From Bacteroidales bacterium (lineage in GTDB: Bacteria; Bacteroidota; Bacteroidia; Bacteroidales; UBA4417): DNA of 64,000 nucleotides. Made by a program: the position numbers and the translations under genes. The stretch is from positions 2,455-66,454 of the forward strand of contig JBBQSY010000003.1 of NCBI GenBank assembly GCA_038213495.1, read 5' to 3'. The notes below the pieces were generated by a model. That model searched no databases. It was given only the letters and a program-made list of their open reading frames with translations, and was not told the origin of the DNA. Positions 20,109 through 30,811 of this stretch are shown here, piece after piece; the stretch's first letter is position 1; the number at the start of each line of letters is the position of its first letter.

Positions 20109-20993
20109 TTATTTCTTAGCCGGGAATTTGGTTGCATCTTGTCCCATTACCATCATATCCCTGATATCCTGATCAGTAATATTGATAATTGGCATGGCAG
20201 CCGCAGTAGGACAACCACCTTCAAAATGATCAATATCATTTGGCATGCCCCAAATAGCTTTATGTTGTATTTCGTGCGGATCTTCCCTCAGCATCACACC
20301 CATAACCAATCTCGGGTTTTTGCAGTAAACATTGATTGTAGTTCCGTCAGCACCGTGGCATGATTTGCATTTTGCGTCATAAACAACCTGACCATGAGCT
20401 GCATTCCCCCCTTTGCCAATGTTCGAAAAAACTCTGGTACCTGTTGGATAAGTCCCCGTTGTGGTCATATCATAAAAGTCATTTACGTTATGAGCCGTTT
20501 CTTTCAGGAATTTTGTTAAATTCCAGATTTGAGCATCTGTTAAAAATGTACTGTAATTAGGCATTTGGTTTGTGACAGTAATTGTACCTGTCATTGAGCG
20601 ACCACCAGCATGTTTACAAGCGTCAAAAACTTCTCTGATTGAATGATCTTTCGCATAAGTGAATAAATTGCCAGCAGCAACAACCGGGTAGGTTGCCGAT
20701 CCTGGTTTGTTGATAAGAACGCCTTTTTGCCCTAACAGATCCCAACCATGACAACTTTTACACCTGAAGAAGTCTGGTTTTGCAATAATTGTGGCATCAA
20801 CAGATTTACCTGCTTCTCTTTGATAATTGATTACATGGTCGTAAAGCCTGGCGCCCTGAAGTCCATCAGCAGCATCATAAGCAACTTGATCTGCACTTTT
20901 TTCGTCCTTTTTACAGGATGTTAAATACGAACTTGCTCCAATCAGCAAGACTATTGACAGCAGGAAAATAAATAATTTGGATGGTTTTTTCAT
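20109..20993 (-). CDS. Di-heme c-type cytochrome lipoprotein
   Basis: MKKPSKLF...YLTSC lipobox (ATG 20993). Two CKSCH motifs, each followed by an MP axial-ligand candidate. Confidence 0.8.
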   Translation of the reverse strand: MKKPSKLFIFLLSIVLLIGASSYLTSCKKDEKSADQVAYDAADGLQGARLYDHVINYQREAGKSVDATIIAKPDFFRCKSCHGWDLLGQKGVLINKPGSATYPVVAAGNLFTYAKDHSIREVFDACKHAGGRSMTGTITVTNQMPNYSTFLTDAQIWNLTKFLKETAHNVNDFYDMTTTGTYPTGTRVFSNIGKGGNAAHGQVVYDAKCKSCHGADGTTINVYCKNPRLVMGVMLREDPHEIQHKAIWGMPNDIDHFEGGCPTAAAMPIINITDQDIRDMMVMGQDATKFPAKK

Positions 20994-21227
20994 TGGTTGT
21001 TTTTTAAATTGGTTTTTACAAATTATTGTTTTTTTTGAAACCAGCAAACATTTTCAGCCACATATCAGAGGAACAGAACTGATGCACGGTTAATGAATGT
21101 CGGAGATTTTAAGAAACAAAATAAAATAAATGCACCGGTAGAATGATTAACAGGTAGGCGGGTATTTTCTTTTAGTTCTTTGCGCCAAAAGTACTTTATG
21201 AATCTGTAGCGATTTGGTAGTTAGCTC

Positions 21228-22511
21228 CTATTTTGAGAGAAAAACGCTCAAAATATGGTGAGATGTATCAACCTGATGATGATTTATATCATTAATGTAA
21301 GAAACGTCCATATGGTAGAAATCAATAATTCGTTTTACGATTGTAAGACCCAGGCCAAGAGATTCTGTTTTTGAGTTATTCTTGAAGAACCTTTTAAATA
21401 AATCATCAGAATTAACCGATAAAGGTGCTCCTGAATTTTCAATCACCAATTTATGATTGGTAAGTTTAATGTTAATAGAACCACCTGGTATATTGTGTTT
21501 TATGGAATTGCTTAATAAATTACTAATCAAAATATCCAATAATACCGGATTCATCAGTAATACCGGGCTTTCAACAAAATAGGTTTTAACCTCAATTTCT
21601 TTCATCGAGATAAGATCTTCGAAAAGTGTTAAATGTTTCTCAATTGATTGCTGCAAATTGATAGGTTCACTGGCGCTGAACTGCATGTTCTCAATTTTTG
21701 AGATCAAAAGCAAAGCATGATTAAGTTTTGAAAGACGATCCGCAGAGTCGATGATAGCGGATAATGAATTCAATTCATTTTCAGGAATATAACTGGATTG
21801 AAGAATTAATTCACATTTGGACCTGATGATGGCAAGAGGTGTCTGAATTTCATGAGAGGCATGTTCAATATATTCCTTCTGAATAAGGTAATCCTTTCTT
21901 GATTTATTGGTCATTGCCAGTATTACTTTGTTCAGTTTAGTAAATTCATAAATATTTGTAGGCTTTAATTCTAAAGGCTTACTCTTTGTTATATCATAAT
22001 CCTCAAGTTTCTGTAAAAGAGTATAAAAGGGTTTAAATGTTCGCCTTGAAATAATAATGTTTACTGATACCATTACCAGGATTGAGGCCCCAAGCAGTAT
22101 CAGAACAAAAGTCGCAATACCTTTAACCAGATCACGCAGCTCAAAGAACGATTTAAAGAGAAAGAATTGATACGGCTGGTCCTTGACTTTATATGTAAAG
22201 ATTAAAACACGATGATGAATATTGCTTTCTTCAAGGTCGTCAAACAGCAGAGTATCTTTTGTTATATTAATAGGTTTGTACTGAGGTATAGGAACAATCT
22301 TAACTTTTATTTCATAAATGATATCCAGATCGGGCAATGTATTACTATGATCAATATGTGAAATGATCTTTACTTTCTGTTTTAAGAGTAAAGCATCAAG
22401 TTCACCAAAAATTTCGGAAATGATAAGCTGATAGAAAATGAATCCACCTATTGCGAAGACAAATATGGATGAGATCAAATAATAGAGACTTGTTTTTGTG
22501 AGAAGTTTCAT
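21228..22511 (-). CDS. Two-component sensor histidine kinase
   Basis: Two TMs; H-box HASHEIQTPL, N-box NLLSNSIKH, G-box GLGLTIV. Confidence 0.92.
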   Translation of the reverse strand: MKLLTKTSLYYLISSIFVFAIGGFIFYQLIISEIFGELDALLLKQKVKIISHIDHSNTLPDLDIIYEIKVKIVPIPQYKPINITKDTLLFDDLEESNIHHRVLIFTYKVKDQPYQFFLFKSFFELRDLVKGIATFVLILLGASILVMVSVNIIISRRTFKPFYTLLQKLEDYDITKSKPLELKPTNIYEFTKLNKVILAMTNKSRKDYLIQKEYIEHASHEIQTPLAIIRSKCELILQSSYIPENELNSLSAIIDSADRLSKLNHALLLISKIENMQFSASEPINLQQSIEKHLTLFEDLISMKEIEVKTYFVESPVLLMNPVLLDILISNLLSNSIKHNIPGGSINIKLTNHKLVIENSGAPLSVNSDDLFKRFFKNNSKTESLGLGLTIVKRIIDFYHMDVSYINDINHHQVDTSHHILSVFLSK

Positions 22512-23185
22512 TGATCTGAAAATTTGTATCCTATTCCATAAACATTCTGTACATAATCATTTCCTCCCTGTTCTATCATTTTTTTACGGAGATTCTTGAT
22601 ATGGCAATAAACAAAGTTGAATGATTCAGCCATATCAATTTCATCACCCCAGAGGTTTTCTGCGATTGATCCTTTTGTAAGTGTTCTGTCCTTGTTTGAT
22701 ATGAAATAAACGAGCAGATCATATTCTTTTTTGGTCAGGCTAAGCGTTTTATCATTTACCGATACTTTTGAAAGGGAGGGATCAATTGTGATCTCGTTAA
22801 AAATGATTTCTTTTTTGCCTTCAAAGTTCCTTCGCCTGATGATTGATTTAATTCTTGCGTTCAATTCAGAAAGATGAAAGGGCTTTGTAAGGTAGTCATC
22901 TGCACCGATCTCAAGTCCTGTGATTTTGTCATCGAGTGATTTTTTTGCTGAAATGATTATTATTCCTGTTGTGGAATTAATCGTTTTCAGGGCTCTGATC
23001 ACGTCAAGCCCGTTCCCGTCAGGCAAGGTAATATCTACGATGAGGCAGTCATAATTGTAAAGATTAATCTTTTCAATGGATTTATCGTAAGTTGTGCATG
23101 TTTCACAAACATAACCCTCAACTTTCAGGTATTGGATAATACTGTCGGACAAATGCTTTTCGTCTTCAATAAGAAGGATTTTCAT
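22508..23185 (-). CDS. OmpR-family response regulator
   Basis: LIEDE, DITLPDGNG, GADDYLTKPF and winged helix LTKKEYDLL..VYGIGY. 4-bp overlap with the kinase. Confidence 0.93.
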   Translation of the reverse strand: MKILLIEDEKHLSDSIIQYLKVEGYVCETCTTYDKSIEKINLYNYDCLIVDITLPDGNGLDVIRALKTINSTTGIIIISAKKSLDDKITGLEIGADDYLTKPFHLSELNARIKSIIRRRNFEGKKEIIFNEITIDPSLSKVSVNDKTLSLTKKEYDLLVYFISNKDRTLTKGSIAENLWGDEIDMAESFNFVYCHIKNLRKKMIEQGGNDYVQNVYGIGYKFSDQ

Positions 23186-23331
23186 TGAAATCAGATATTA
23201 GTATCATAAAAGGAGTGCTAGCCGGAATAAACTCAAGCAAAACAAAACTGTAACTATTGCAGCAAAGGTACCAAATATATAGAGATTACCGGGGTTTTAT
23301 TGCCCAAAATCCCCTACTTTTGCCCCCATCA

Positions 23332-23967
23332 ATGAAAAAACCAAAGAGCAAATATTATGTAGTGTGGGAAGGCCATCAAACCGGCATTTTCGATACATGG
23401 GAAAAATGCAAAAAGCAGGTAGATGGCTATGTCGCTGCCAAATACAAAAGCTTTGAATCGCCCGAAGAAGCCAAAAAGGCTTTTGGCAGCAATGTATGGA
23501 ATTACCTGGGTAAAACCGTTAAGGTACCTCTAAGCAAGGAAATCCTTAAGCAATTTGGCCTGCCATTGATACAGGCTATCTGTGTTGATGCCGCCTGCAG
23601 TGGTAATCCGGGAATACTCGAATACCGGGGTGTAAATATGGTAACCGGTCAGGAGATTTTTCACCGCGGCCCTTACCCTGAAGGCACAAATAATATAGGC
23701 GAATTCCTTGCCATTGTTACCGGTCTGGCATGGCTAAAGAAAAATAATATTTCGCTGCCCCTCTACAGCGATTCACGCAATGCAATTTCGTGGATTGATC
23801 AAAAGGCCTGCAAAACCAAACTGCCGCCGAATGCAAAAAACAAAGATCTGTTTGACCTTATCGATCGTGCAGAAGAATGGCTTCAAAATAATTCGTTTGA
23901 AACCCGGATTTTAAAATGGGAAACCAAAGCCTGGGGTGAAATTCCTGCCGATTTTGGTAGAAAATAA
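23332..23967 (+). CDS. rnhA: Ribonuclease HI with N-terminal viroplasmin domain
   Basis: KYYVVWEGHQTGIFDTW; VDAACSGNPG, TNNIGEFLA, YSDS and WGEIPADFGRK. tacttttg -7 box at 23315 supports ATG 23332. Confidence 0.9.
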   Translation: MKKPKSKYYVVWEGHQTGIFDTWEKCKKQVDGYVAAKYKSFESPEEAKKAFGSNVWNYLGKTVKVPLSKEILKQFGLPLIQAICVDAACSGNPGILEYRGVNMVTGQEIFHRGPYPEGTNNIGEFLAIVTGLAWLKKNNISLPLYSDSRNAISWIDQKACKTKLPPNAKNKDLFDLIDRAEEWLQNNSFETRILKWETKAWGEIPADFGRK

Positions 23968-24125
23968 CAAAAAATAACATTTAACATAATCTGTCAATTG
24001 GCAGCTAAGTAAGCAGTAATACAGTAACAGCGGGACTTCGGACAAATAAATATCTGCAAAACAAGTGTTTGGTATTTAAAATAGGATTTCGTAATTTTGC
24101 GCCCCTCAATTTAACAGTGACAACC

Positions 24126-24647
24126 GTGAACCGCCTCAAAGAATATCATATTCAGTTCGTTGGGCTTGAGCTTGGGAATCATATTTTTGAGTTTGAAGTG
24201 AATGATTCGTTCTTTGAACATTTTGAGTATTCTCTGATAAAGCAGGGAAAGCTGCATGTTACGGTCGATCTTGAAAAGATGGAGAGAATGATGGTTTTTA
24301 CCATCGACTTTTCCGGAGATGCAGTAGTTCCCTGCGACCGTTGCACTCACGACGTGAGTTTACATGTATCCGATACACAGCGGCTAATTGTAAAGCTGGG
24401 TTCTGAATACATTGAAGAAAGCGACGATGTGGTTATTATTCCGGAAACGGACTATAAATTCGATCTGTCGACGTATATTTACGAATTCATACACCTGAGT
24501 CTCCCTGCACGCCTGCTTCACACGGATGATGAAGACGGCAACAGCACCTGTGACCCGGAGATGTTGCAACTACTCGAAAAACTCACTCCGACCGGATCTG
24601 TTGATCCGCGGTGGGAAGCGCTCAAAAATCTATCAACCGACCAATAA
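24126..24647 (+). CDS. yceD: YceD/DUF177 family protein
   Basis: CDRC, YEFIHLSLP and DPRWEALK motifs; directly upstream of rpmF. GTG start after a taattttg box. Confidence 0.88.
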   Translation: MNRLKEYHIQFVGLELGNHIFEFEVNDSFFEHFEYSLIKQGKLHVTVDLEKMERMMVFTIDFSGDAVVPCDRCTHDVSLHVSDTQRLIVKLGSEYIEESDDVVIIPETDYKFDLSTYIYEFIHLSLPARLLHTDDEDGNSTCDPEMLQLLEKLTPTGSVDPRWEALKNLSTDQ

Positions 24648-24679
24648 AAATATTGAATTAACATTAAACAAATCATACA

Positions 24680-24865
24680 ATGCCAAATCCTAAACACAGG
24701 TTCTCGAAAACCAGAACGGCTAAACGCAGAACACATTATAAACTTGAAGCGCCAACCTTCATCCTTTGCTCAAACTGCGGCACCTCGGTTCTTTACCACC
24801 GTGTATGTCCCGAATGTGGCTACTACAAAGGCCGTCTTGCTATCGAGAAAAATACAACAGCGTAG
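24680..24865 (+). CDS. rpmF: 50S ribosomal protein L32
   Basis: MPNPKHRFSKTRTAKRRTH..CSNC..HRVCPECGYYKG. Confidence 0.95.
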   Translation: MPNPKHRFSKTRTAKRRTHYKLEAPTFILCSNCGTSVLYHRVCPECGYYKGRLAIEKNTTA

Positions 24866-24911
24866 TTTTGCCAGTAAAACGGCATATCATGTTCAGTAAA
24901 AGATTCTTTAA

Positions 24912-25877
24912 ATGAGAATCGGGTTAGATGTTATGGGCGGCGATTTTGCGCCGGTAGCTGCTGTCGATGGAGCTATCCTGGCAGCTAAAGAGCTATCGGG
25001 TGATGATAAAATTGTCCTGATCGGCCGGGAAACAGCTATCCGGAAAATACTGCATGAACGTAGAGTTGATGCCTCCGTTTTCGATATTGTACATGCACCC
25101 GATGTAATCGAAATGGGTGAGCATCCCACCAAAGCCTTGTCGCGCAAACCGGAATCCAGTATTAGTGTCGGGTTCCATTTGCTTAAGCATAAAAAAATCG
25201 ATTCATTTGCCAGTGCCGGTAACAGCGGCGCTATGCTGGTAGGTTCTATCTTTAGTGTAAATACCATTCAGGGAATAGTTCGCCCCTGCACATCTGCCAT
25301 TATTCCCCAGGAAGATGGCGGATACAGCCTTCTGGTTGATGTCGGAACAAATCCCGATGCCAAGTCTGATATATTTTACCAGTTTGGTTTAATAGGATCC
25401 ATATACGTGCACAACGTGTATAAGATTAAAAATCCAAGGGTGGCGCTGCTTAACATTGGACACGAAGAGGAAAAAGGTAACCTTAACACCCAATCGGCCT
25501 ATCACCTGATGAAGGACTCGAAGGATTTCAATTTTACCGGTAATATTGAAGGACGCGATGTACTTCGCAATAAAGCTGACGTAATTGTATGCGATGGATT
25601 TACCGGAAATATCGTCCTGAAACTCATCGAATCCTTTTACCGTATCATGGAGAAACGTAACATACTGGATGACTATTTTAGCAGGATGAATTACGAAAAC
25701 TATGGCGGAACCCCGATTTTAGGTATTAATGGCGCCGTAATAATGGGTCATGGCATCTCCAATCACATAGCCATAAAAAATATGGTTTTACTGGGACGTG
25801 ATGTGTATAAGGCAAAAATTGCCAACAAGATAAAGCATGCTATTGTAAATCTCAACGGAGGTTTTGTAGTGGATTAA
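24912..25877 (+). CDS. plsX: Phosphate acyltransferase PlsX
   Basis: MRIGLDVMGGDFAP, SAGNSGA, LLNIGHEEEKG and VCDGFTGN motifs. Confidence 0.95.
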   Translation: MRIGLDVMGGDFAPVAAVDGAILAAKELSGDDKIVLIGRETAIRKILHERRVDASVFDIVHAPDVIEMGEHPTKALSRKPESSISVGFHLLKHKKIDSFASAGNSGAMLVGSIFSVNTIQGIVRPCTSAIIPQEDGGYSLLVDVGTNPDAKSDIFYQFGLIGSIYVHNVYKIKNPRVALLNIGHEEEKGNLNTQSAYHLMKDSKDFNFTGNIEGRDVLRNKADVIVCDGFTGNIVLKLIESFYRIMEKRNILDDYFSRMNYENYGGTPILGINGAVIMGHGISNHIAIKNMVLLGRDVYKAKIANKIKHAIVNLNGGFVVD

Positions 25878-25976
25878 TATTCGCTGAGTTCACGGCCCCG
25901 TGGCAAGGCATACAAGCCCGGAATTTACCAGGGCGATGGATCACTTTACTCTTCAAAACTGGAAAATAAAAAACGT

Positions 25977-26984
25977 ATGACAAAACTAAAAGCCGCTATC
26001 ACCGGGGTTGCCGGATATGCTCCTGAATATATACTCAACAATGATGAACTAAGCCGGATGGTGGATACCACCGACGAGTGGATCATGACCCGTATTGGTA
26101 TCCGTGAACGTCATATTCTGAAAGGGGAAGGGCTTGCTTCATCCGATATGGGCGCCGAAGCTGTAAAACTCCTGTTAACCAAAACCAATACCAGTCCTGA
26201 CGAAGTTGACCTCCTGATCTGTGCTACAGTAACACCCGATATGATGTTTCCGGCAACGGCGAATATAATCAGCGATAAATGCGGAATTCTGAATGCTTTC
26301 AGCTACGATATGAATGCGGCTTGCTCCAGTTTTCTTTATGCACTCACCGTCGGACAGAAATTTATTGAATCGGGAACCCATAAAAAAGTGATTATTGTTG
26401 GCGCTGATAAAATGTCGTCAATCACCGATTATACTGACAGGACAGTTTGCCCGCTTTTCGGGGATGCAGCCGCAGCCGTTATGCTTGAGCCTACCGAAGA
26501 AGATACAGGGATGATTGATTCAATTTTTCATACCAACGGCGTTGGAAAACAATACCTGCATATGAAAGCAGGCGGATCGCTACGGCCGGCCTCACACGAA
26601 ACAGTTGATGCAAAAGAGCATTTTATTTACCAGGAAGGACAGACCGTTTTTAAATGGGCAGTCTCTAAAATGGCTGATGTTTCGGTTGAAATGATGGAAA
26701 AGCATAACCTGAAACCCGAGGAACTGGCCTGGCTGGTTCCGCACCAGGCAAATATGCGCATCATCGATGCGGTGGCTAACCGCATGGGTCTGGAGAAAGA
26801 AAAAGTGATGATCAATATCGAGAGATACGGAAATACAACCTCGGCAACTATTCCTCTTTGTTTGTGGGAATGGGAATCTAAACTCCGCAAAGGGGATAAT
26901 ATTATACTGGCAGCTTTTGGCGGTGGTTTCACCTGGGGATCTACTTATTTGAAGTGGGCATATGACCCGAAAGAAGACAAGTAG
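25977..26984 (+). CDS. fabH: 3-oxoacyl-ACP synthase III
   Basis: AACSSF, PHQAN, YGNTTSA and FGGGFTWG motifs. Confidence 0.95.
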   Translation: MTKLKAAITGVAGYAPEYILNNDELSRMVDTTDEWIMTRIGIRERHILKGEGLASSDMGAEAVKLLLTKTNTSPDEVDLLICATVTPDMMFPATANIISDKCGILNAFSYDMNAACSSFLYALTVGQKFIESGTHKKVIIVGADKMSSITDYTDRTVCPLFGDAAAAVMLEPTEEDTGMIDSIFHTNGVGKQYLHMKAGGSLRPASHETVDAKEHFIYQEGQTVFKWAVSKMADVSVEMMEKHNLKPEELAWLVPHQANMRIIDAVANRMGLEKEKVMINIERYGNTTSATIPLCLWEWESKLRKGDNIILAAFGGGFTWGSTYLKWAYDPKEDK

Positions 26985-27013
26985 TGTGGTAAGAATGAGC
27001 TGACAAGGCGAAT

Positions 27014-27132
27014 GGGAGACAGAGAGAAGGGGGAGACAGAGGGACGGAGAGACAGAGGGACGGAGAGACAGAGGGACAGAGAGACGGAGAGACGGAGAGA
27101 CAGAGGGATGGGGAGACTTGGGGATGGGGGGA
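27014..27132. repeat. Purine-rich degenerate 8-bp tandem array
   Basis: agacagag ggacggag agacagag ggacggag agacagag ggacagag agacggag agacggag ... ggatgggg. Confidence 0.9.
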
Positions 27133-27159
27133 TAGAAAATTCATCAAATACTTATATAT

Positions 27160-27188
27160 AAAGCCCTGCTGTACCGGCGGGTTTTTTT
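27160..27188 (+). terminator. Intrinsic terminator between fabH and the convergent dus gene
   Basis: aaagccctgctg-tac-cggcgggtttttt. Confidence 0.7.
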
Positions 27189-28153
27189 CATTTTGAACCA
27201 ACCCACTTATATTCATTGAAAACAAAGGAGGACGCGTCTTCATATTCATCAAAGGTTTTCACTTTTTTCACTTTTTTAAAAACCTGGTGCGGATCATCAA
27301 AGGATGTCGACAAATAAGTCCAGTATTCTTTTAAAACGCCGAGCAATGCTGGATTATCGTTCATCTGTCTGCGGTAAGCATAATAAAGGTCATCCATAAA
27401 GTGCCGAACAACATTTTGCTCATCATCCGCCATGGGAAATCCTTTAATCCTGGCTGGCAGAAACGGATCCGACAGCAAGCCCCGGCCAATCATCCAGGTT
27501 GAGATTTCCGGAATAAGTGCAGAAACCTTTTGAAAGTCGCTGACTGAAAAAATATCTCCGTTATACACAACAGGCACAGTAAGTTGCTGTGCAGCTTTCT
27601 GAAAAGTTTCCAGGTCTGTTTCACCTGTGTATAGTTGTTTCCCGATGCGGGCATGAATGGTTAATTCCGAAATGTTAAGCCGGTTGAATATGGGAATGAG
27701 TTTAAAGATTTCTTCAGACGATTCATAGCCCAGCCTGCATTTTACCGAAAAACGGATAGCGGTTCCAGCCATAACTCTGGCAAGGATTTCATCCACCATT
27801 TCAGGATAGGGCAGCATGCCCGAACCCCGTTTTTTATTTGCCACCATAGGATACGGACAACCCAGGTTCCAGTTTATCTCCTTGAATCCCAGGTTTTGGC
27901 AGAAGACTGCAAAACGGATAATTTCATCAGCATCTTTGCTCAGCGTTTGCGGTACGACCTCAATCCCGTTTTCAGAAGGATGGCCCAGTTCGGCTAACTT
28001 CCGGGCAGGGAGCTTTAAGTCGTTGCTGATATTGGTAAAAAAAGGTGTGAATAATTTATACACACCCTGGAAATGTTTTGAGTAAATCTTCCGAAAAGTA
28101 ACCCCGGTAATTCCCTGGAAAGGAGCAAGATAGATTTGTGTTGGCTGGTTCAA
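27188..28153 (-). CDS. tRNA-dihydrouridine synthase family protein
   Basis: YLAPFQG, NWNLGCP, SVKCRLG, IHAR, YNGDI and MIGRG motifs; TTG start. Confidence 0.88.
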   Translation of the reverse strand: MNQPTQIYLAPFQGITGVTFRKIYSKHFQGVYKLFTPFFTNISNDLKLPARKLAELGHPSENGIEVVPQTLSKDADEIIRFAVFCQNLGFKEINWNLGCPYPMVANKKRGSGMLPYPEMVDEILARVMAGTAIRFSVKCRLGYESSEEIFKLIPIFNRLNISELTIHARIGKQLYTGETDLETFQKAAQQLTVPVVYNGDIFSVSDFQKVSALIPEISTWMIGRGLLSDPFLPARIKGFPMADDEQNVVRHFMDDLYYAYRRQMNDNPALLGVLKEYWTYLSTSFDDPHQVFKKVKKVKTFDEYEDASSFVFNEYKWVGSK

Positions 28154-28207
28154 GTTGATAAAATTAGTGTTTTGGACTCAGGATTTTGGCGGAAGGAAAG
28201 CCGGTTT

Positions 28208-28918
28208 CTACTTCCTGAAAAACGCATCCTTGAGTCCCTGATTGATCTTGTAATTCGTCAGGCTGATCTCTATTTTTCCTTTTTTTGATTCATCTTCATT
28301 TGCTTTGGATTTGGGTTGGGGATTCTGAATATCACCGGCCATTGCTTTAGGGATTTTAAATTTCTTCACATCTATCGTAAAAATCATTTTGTCGGGTAAG
28401 CCAAAACCCGACTGATTTGAGTAGAAATATTCTATCAGTATAGTTCCGCTTGACCGGGTGGTGATCTGTGATTTCAATACCAGGTTGTGCGAATAGTCAA
28501 GCCAGAATTTCGAAAGTATCAGATCGCCGGTGTCTGTCACAGGGATTATACTTATAATCTGAGTCAATGATGTTCCTATTTTTTCTTTTCCTGTAAATAC
28601 TGCCGTATAGGAGGTTGTGTCGCGGATAATTTTCGATAAGTCACTGAAACCCTGCCGGGGCAATATTGCTATTGCTTTCGATTCGACTTTAAATTTGTCG
28701 GGCTGTTTGAAATACACTACAGCATTCACCGGCAGTATTTTAATCAAAGGAATATCGGCCCTGATGACGGCATCAACGGAATAATCCTTAACAGTCATCA
28801 TTTTTTGATAAACGCCTTTCAGAAGCTGATTCGGAGTTTTTTGCGCAACAGCAGTGAAACTTAAAAGCATCAATAAGGAAAATATAAAATACTTCGCTTT
28901 CTGAACTTTCTTTATCAT
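28208..28918 (-). CDS. Secreted LolA-like fold protein
   Basis: Signal peptide, YFKQPDKFKV and NYKINQGLKDAFF; third gene of the ABC operon. Confidence 0.6.
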   Translation of the reverse strand: MIKKVQKAKYFIFSLLMLLSFTAVAQKTPNQLLKGVYQKMMTVKDYSVDAVIRADIPLIKILPVNAVVYFKQPDKFKVESKAIAILPRQGFSDLSKIIRDTTSYTAVFTGKEKIGTSLTQIISIIPVTDTGDLILSKFWLDYSHNLVLKSQITTRSSGTILIEYFYSNQSGFGLPDKMIFTIDVKKFKIPKAMAGDIQNPQPKSKANEDESKKGKIEISLTNYKINQGLKDAFFRK

Positions 28919-29757
28919 GATAAAATGTCTTTTTTATTGAACTTGTACAAAGCTATTCCTAGCAGGCCTGCGATATGAATGAGAAGCACAATTACTGAAT
29001 TTAAAATTTCCTGTTTCGGGATGGGGTCGTTGAAAAAGCTACGCCATGAGGCCATATGAGTTGTAAAAAGAAGAGGCCGGATATGATCGAATACAGGAAC
29101 ATCCAAAGTGCCTATAATGGTAAAAAGTATAATGATGGCCATGGTTGTAACAATAGGCCCTATTGAGTTATCAGTAAAACACGAAAGTGTAATTGATAAG
29201 GTTGCAATTGTGACCAGTGCCAGGTACGAAACGGCTAATCCGCTGAAAAAACGCCACATAATATCGCCATCGCGGAAGATTATCAAACCCTGGCTATTGA
29301 TTACTATAAGGTCGCCGGTACCAAATATCAGTTTCCCGAATCCCAGGGCCATAATGCCCAGCAATACAAGAATTATCAGCGTGTAAACATTTCCGGCCAG
29401 AAACTTCGATAGTAAGAGTTGTGTGCGGGAAATGGGCTTTGTAGCCAGCATGCGAATGCTTCCCGACGCGGCTTCGCCCGAAACAAGATCGCCGGTAACC
29501 AGGGCCACGAGTAAGGGAACGTGTACAATAAGCAGTTGTAAAACGATAAAAGCCATCAGGCTGCCGTTCAATACATTACCCTGAAACGACAAGGTCTGTT
29601 CGAATGAACCTGTTACAAAGGAAAGATAGGATTTCCCATCCAGTTTCATTGCAAAAAGAATGACGGCTACAAGTAAAGTAATGGCTCCAAGCCCGATATA
29701 ACTGCGTGGCTTGGCAGAAATTTTAATAAATTCGTTATAGGTGCTTTTCCGGAACAT
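28915..29757 (-). CDS. ABC-2 type transporter permease
   Basis: Six TMs, VSGEAASGSIRMLATKPISR..SKF, ending FNKKDILS. Confidence 0.88.
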   Translation of the reverse strand: MFRKSTYNEFIKISAKPRSYIGLGAITLLVAVILFAMKLDGKSYLSFVTGSFEQTLSFQGNVLNGSLMAFIVLQLLIVHVPLLVALVTGDLVSGEAASGSIRMLATKPISRTQLLLSKFLAGNVYTLIILVLLGIMALGFGKLIFGTGDLIVINSQGLIIFRDGDIMWRFFSGLAVSYLALVTIATLSITLSCFTDNSIGPIVTTMAIIILFTIIGTLDVPVFDHIRPLLFTTHMASWRSFFNDPIPKQEILNSVIVLLIHIAGLLGIALYKFNKKDILS

Positions 29758-30668
29758 CAGTTGCTGATTAATTTCAGGAAATAATCTTCAAGTTTGCGCT
29801 TCACCTCAATCCGGTAAACATTTATATCGTTATCCAATAGCAATCGGTTTATTTCGGGGATAATTTCTTGTGTAATGCTGAGCTGAAGCATATCGTCGCC
29901 GGAATGACTAACTGCAGTGCCTGCGAATTTCCGGTTTATAAGCTGAATAGCTTTTTCGGGCTGATCGACCTGCACTGATACTATAAGTTCCTGCTGGTTA
30001 AGCAGTTCGGCAACACTTCCCTGGGCAACTGATTTTCCCTTGTTTAATATTACCATTCGGTTGGCAATAAGTTCAATTTCGGAAAGGATATGTGATGATA
30101 ATACAATCGTTTTGTTGCGTTCGTTTTTAAGTTGTAGAATGAGATTACGGATGTCGATAATACCTTTTGGATCGAGACCGGTGGTCGGTTCATCCAATAC
30201 AATAAGGTCGGGATCGTGGAGCAATGCCTGTGCAATGCCAAGGCGTTGTTTCATGCCGTGCGAAAAACTACCGACTTTGTCTTTTTCTCTCCCTTTAAGG
30301 CCGACAAATTCTATCATTTCCTGAACACGGCTTTTCGTGATTATAGAACCTGAGATGCGTCCAAAGATTTCGAGGTTGCGCTCGGCTGACAGGTAGGTAT
30401 AAAAATCCGGCTTTTCGACAATACAGCCGATTTTGGATAAAATAAAATTGCGATTATGTGAAAGTTCTTTCCCGAACAACCTGATTTCGCCTGTGGTAGG
30501 TGTTATCAATGAAAGCATTGCCCTGATAGCCGTACTTTTTCCTGCTCCGTTTGGCCCCAGAAATCCTAATACATCGCCTTCGTAAACCGTAAAACTAACA
30601 TCATCGACAGCTTTTATTTTGCCATAAGATTTTGAAAGGTGAGATACTTCTATGATTTTTTCAGCCAT
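29757..30668 (-). CDS. ABC transporter ATP-binding protein
   Basis: GPNGAGKS, FSHGMKQRL, LDEP and SSH motifs. Confidence 0.93.
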   Translation of the reverse strand: MAEKIIEVSHLSKSYGKIKAVDDVSFTVYEGDVLGFLGPNGAGKSTAIRAMLSLITPTTGEIRLFGKELSHNRNFILSKIGCIVEKPDFYTYLSAERNLEIFGRISGSIITKSRVQEMIEFVGLKGREKDKVGSFSHGMKQRLGIAQALLHDPDLIVLDEPTTGLDPKGIIDIRNLILQLKNERNKTIVLSSHILSEIELIANRMVILNKGKSVAQGSVAELLNQQELIVSVQVDQPEKAIQLINRKFAGTAVSHSGDDMLQLSITQEIIPEINRLLLDNDINVYRIEVKRKLEDYFLKLISN

Positions 30669-30811
30669 ATTTTAAAAGACGCACTAAAATTCATATTGGT
30701 GAATTACAAAAAACGGGGTTTGAAAACATGTTAATCATACTATTAAAATTAAACAGCAGGAACAGCCATTTGTTTGCATCGGAACTAAGAAAACGCAATC
30801 CGGATAAATGA

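Noticed and set aside
26941-27252. 103-aa ORF with PSLCLSVS repeats
   Set aside because: It is a translation of the octamer array and overlaps both neighbouring genes.
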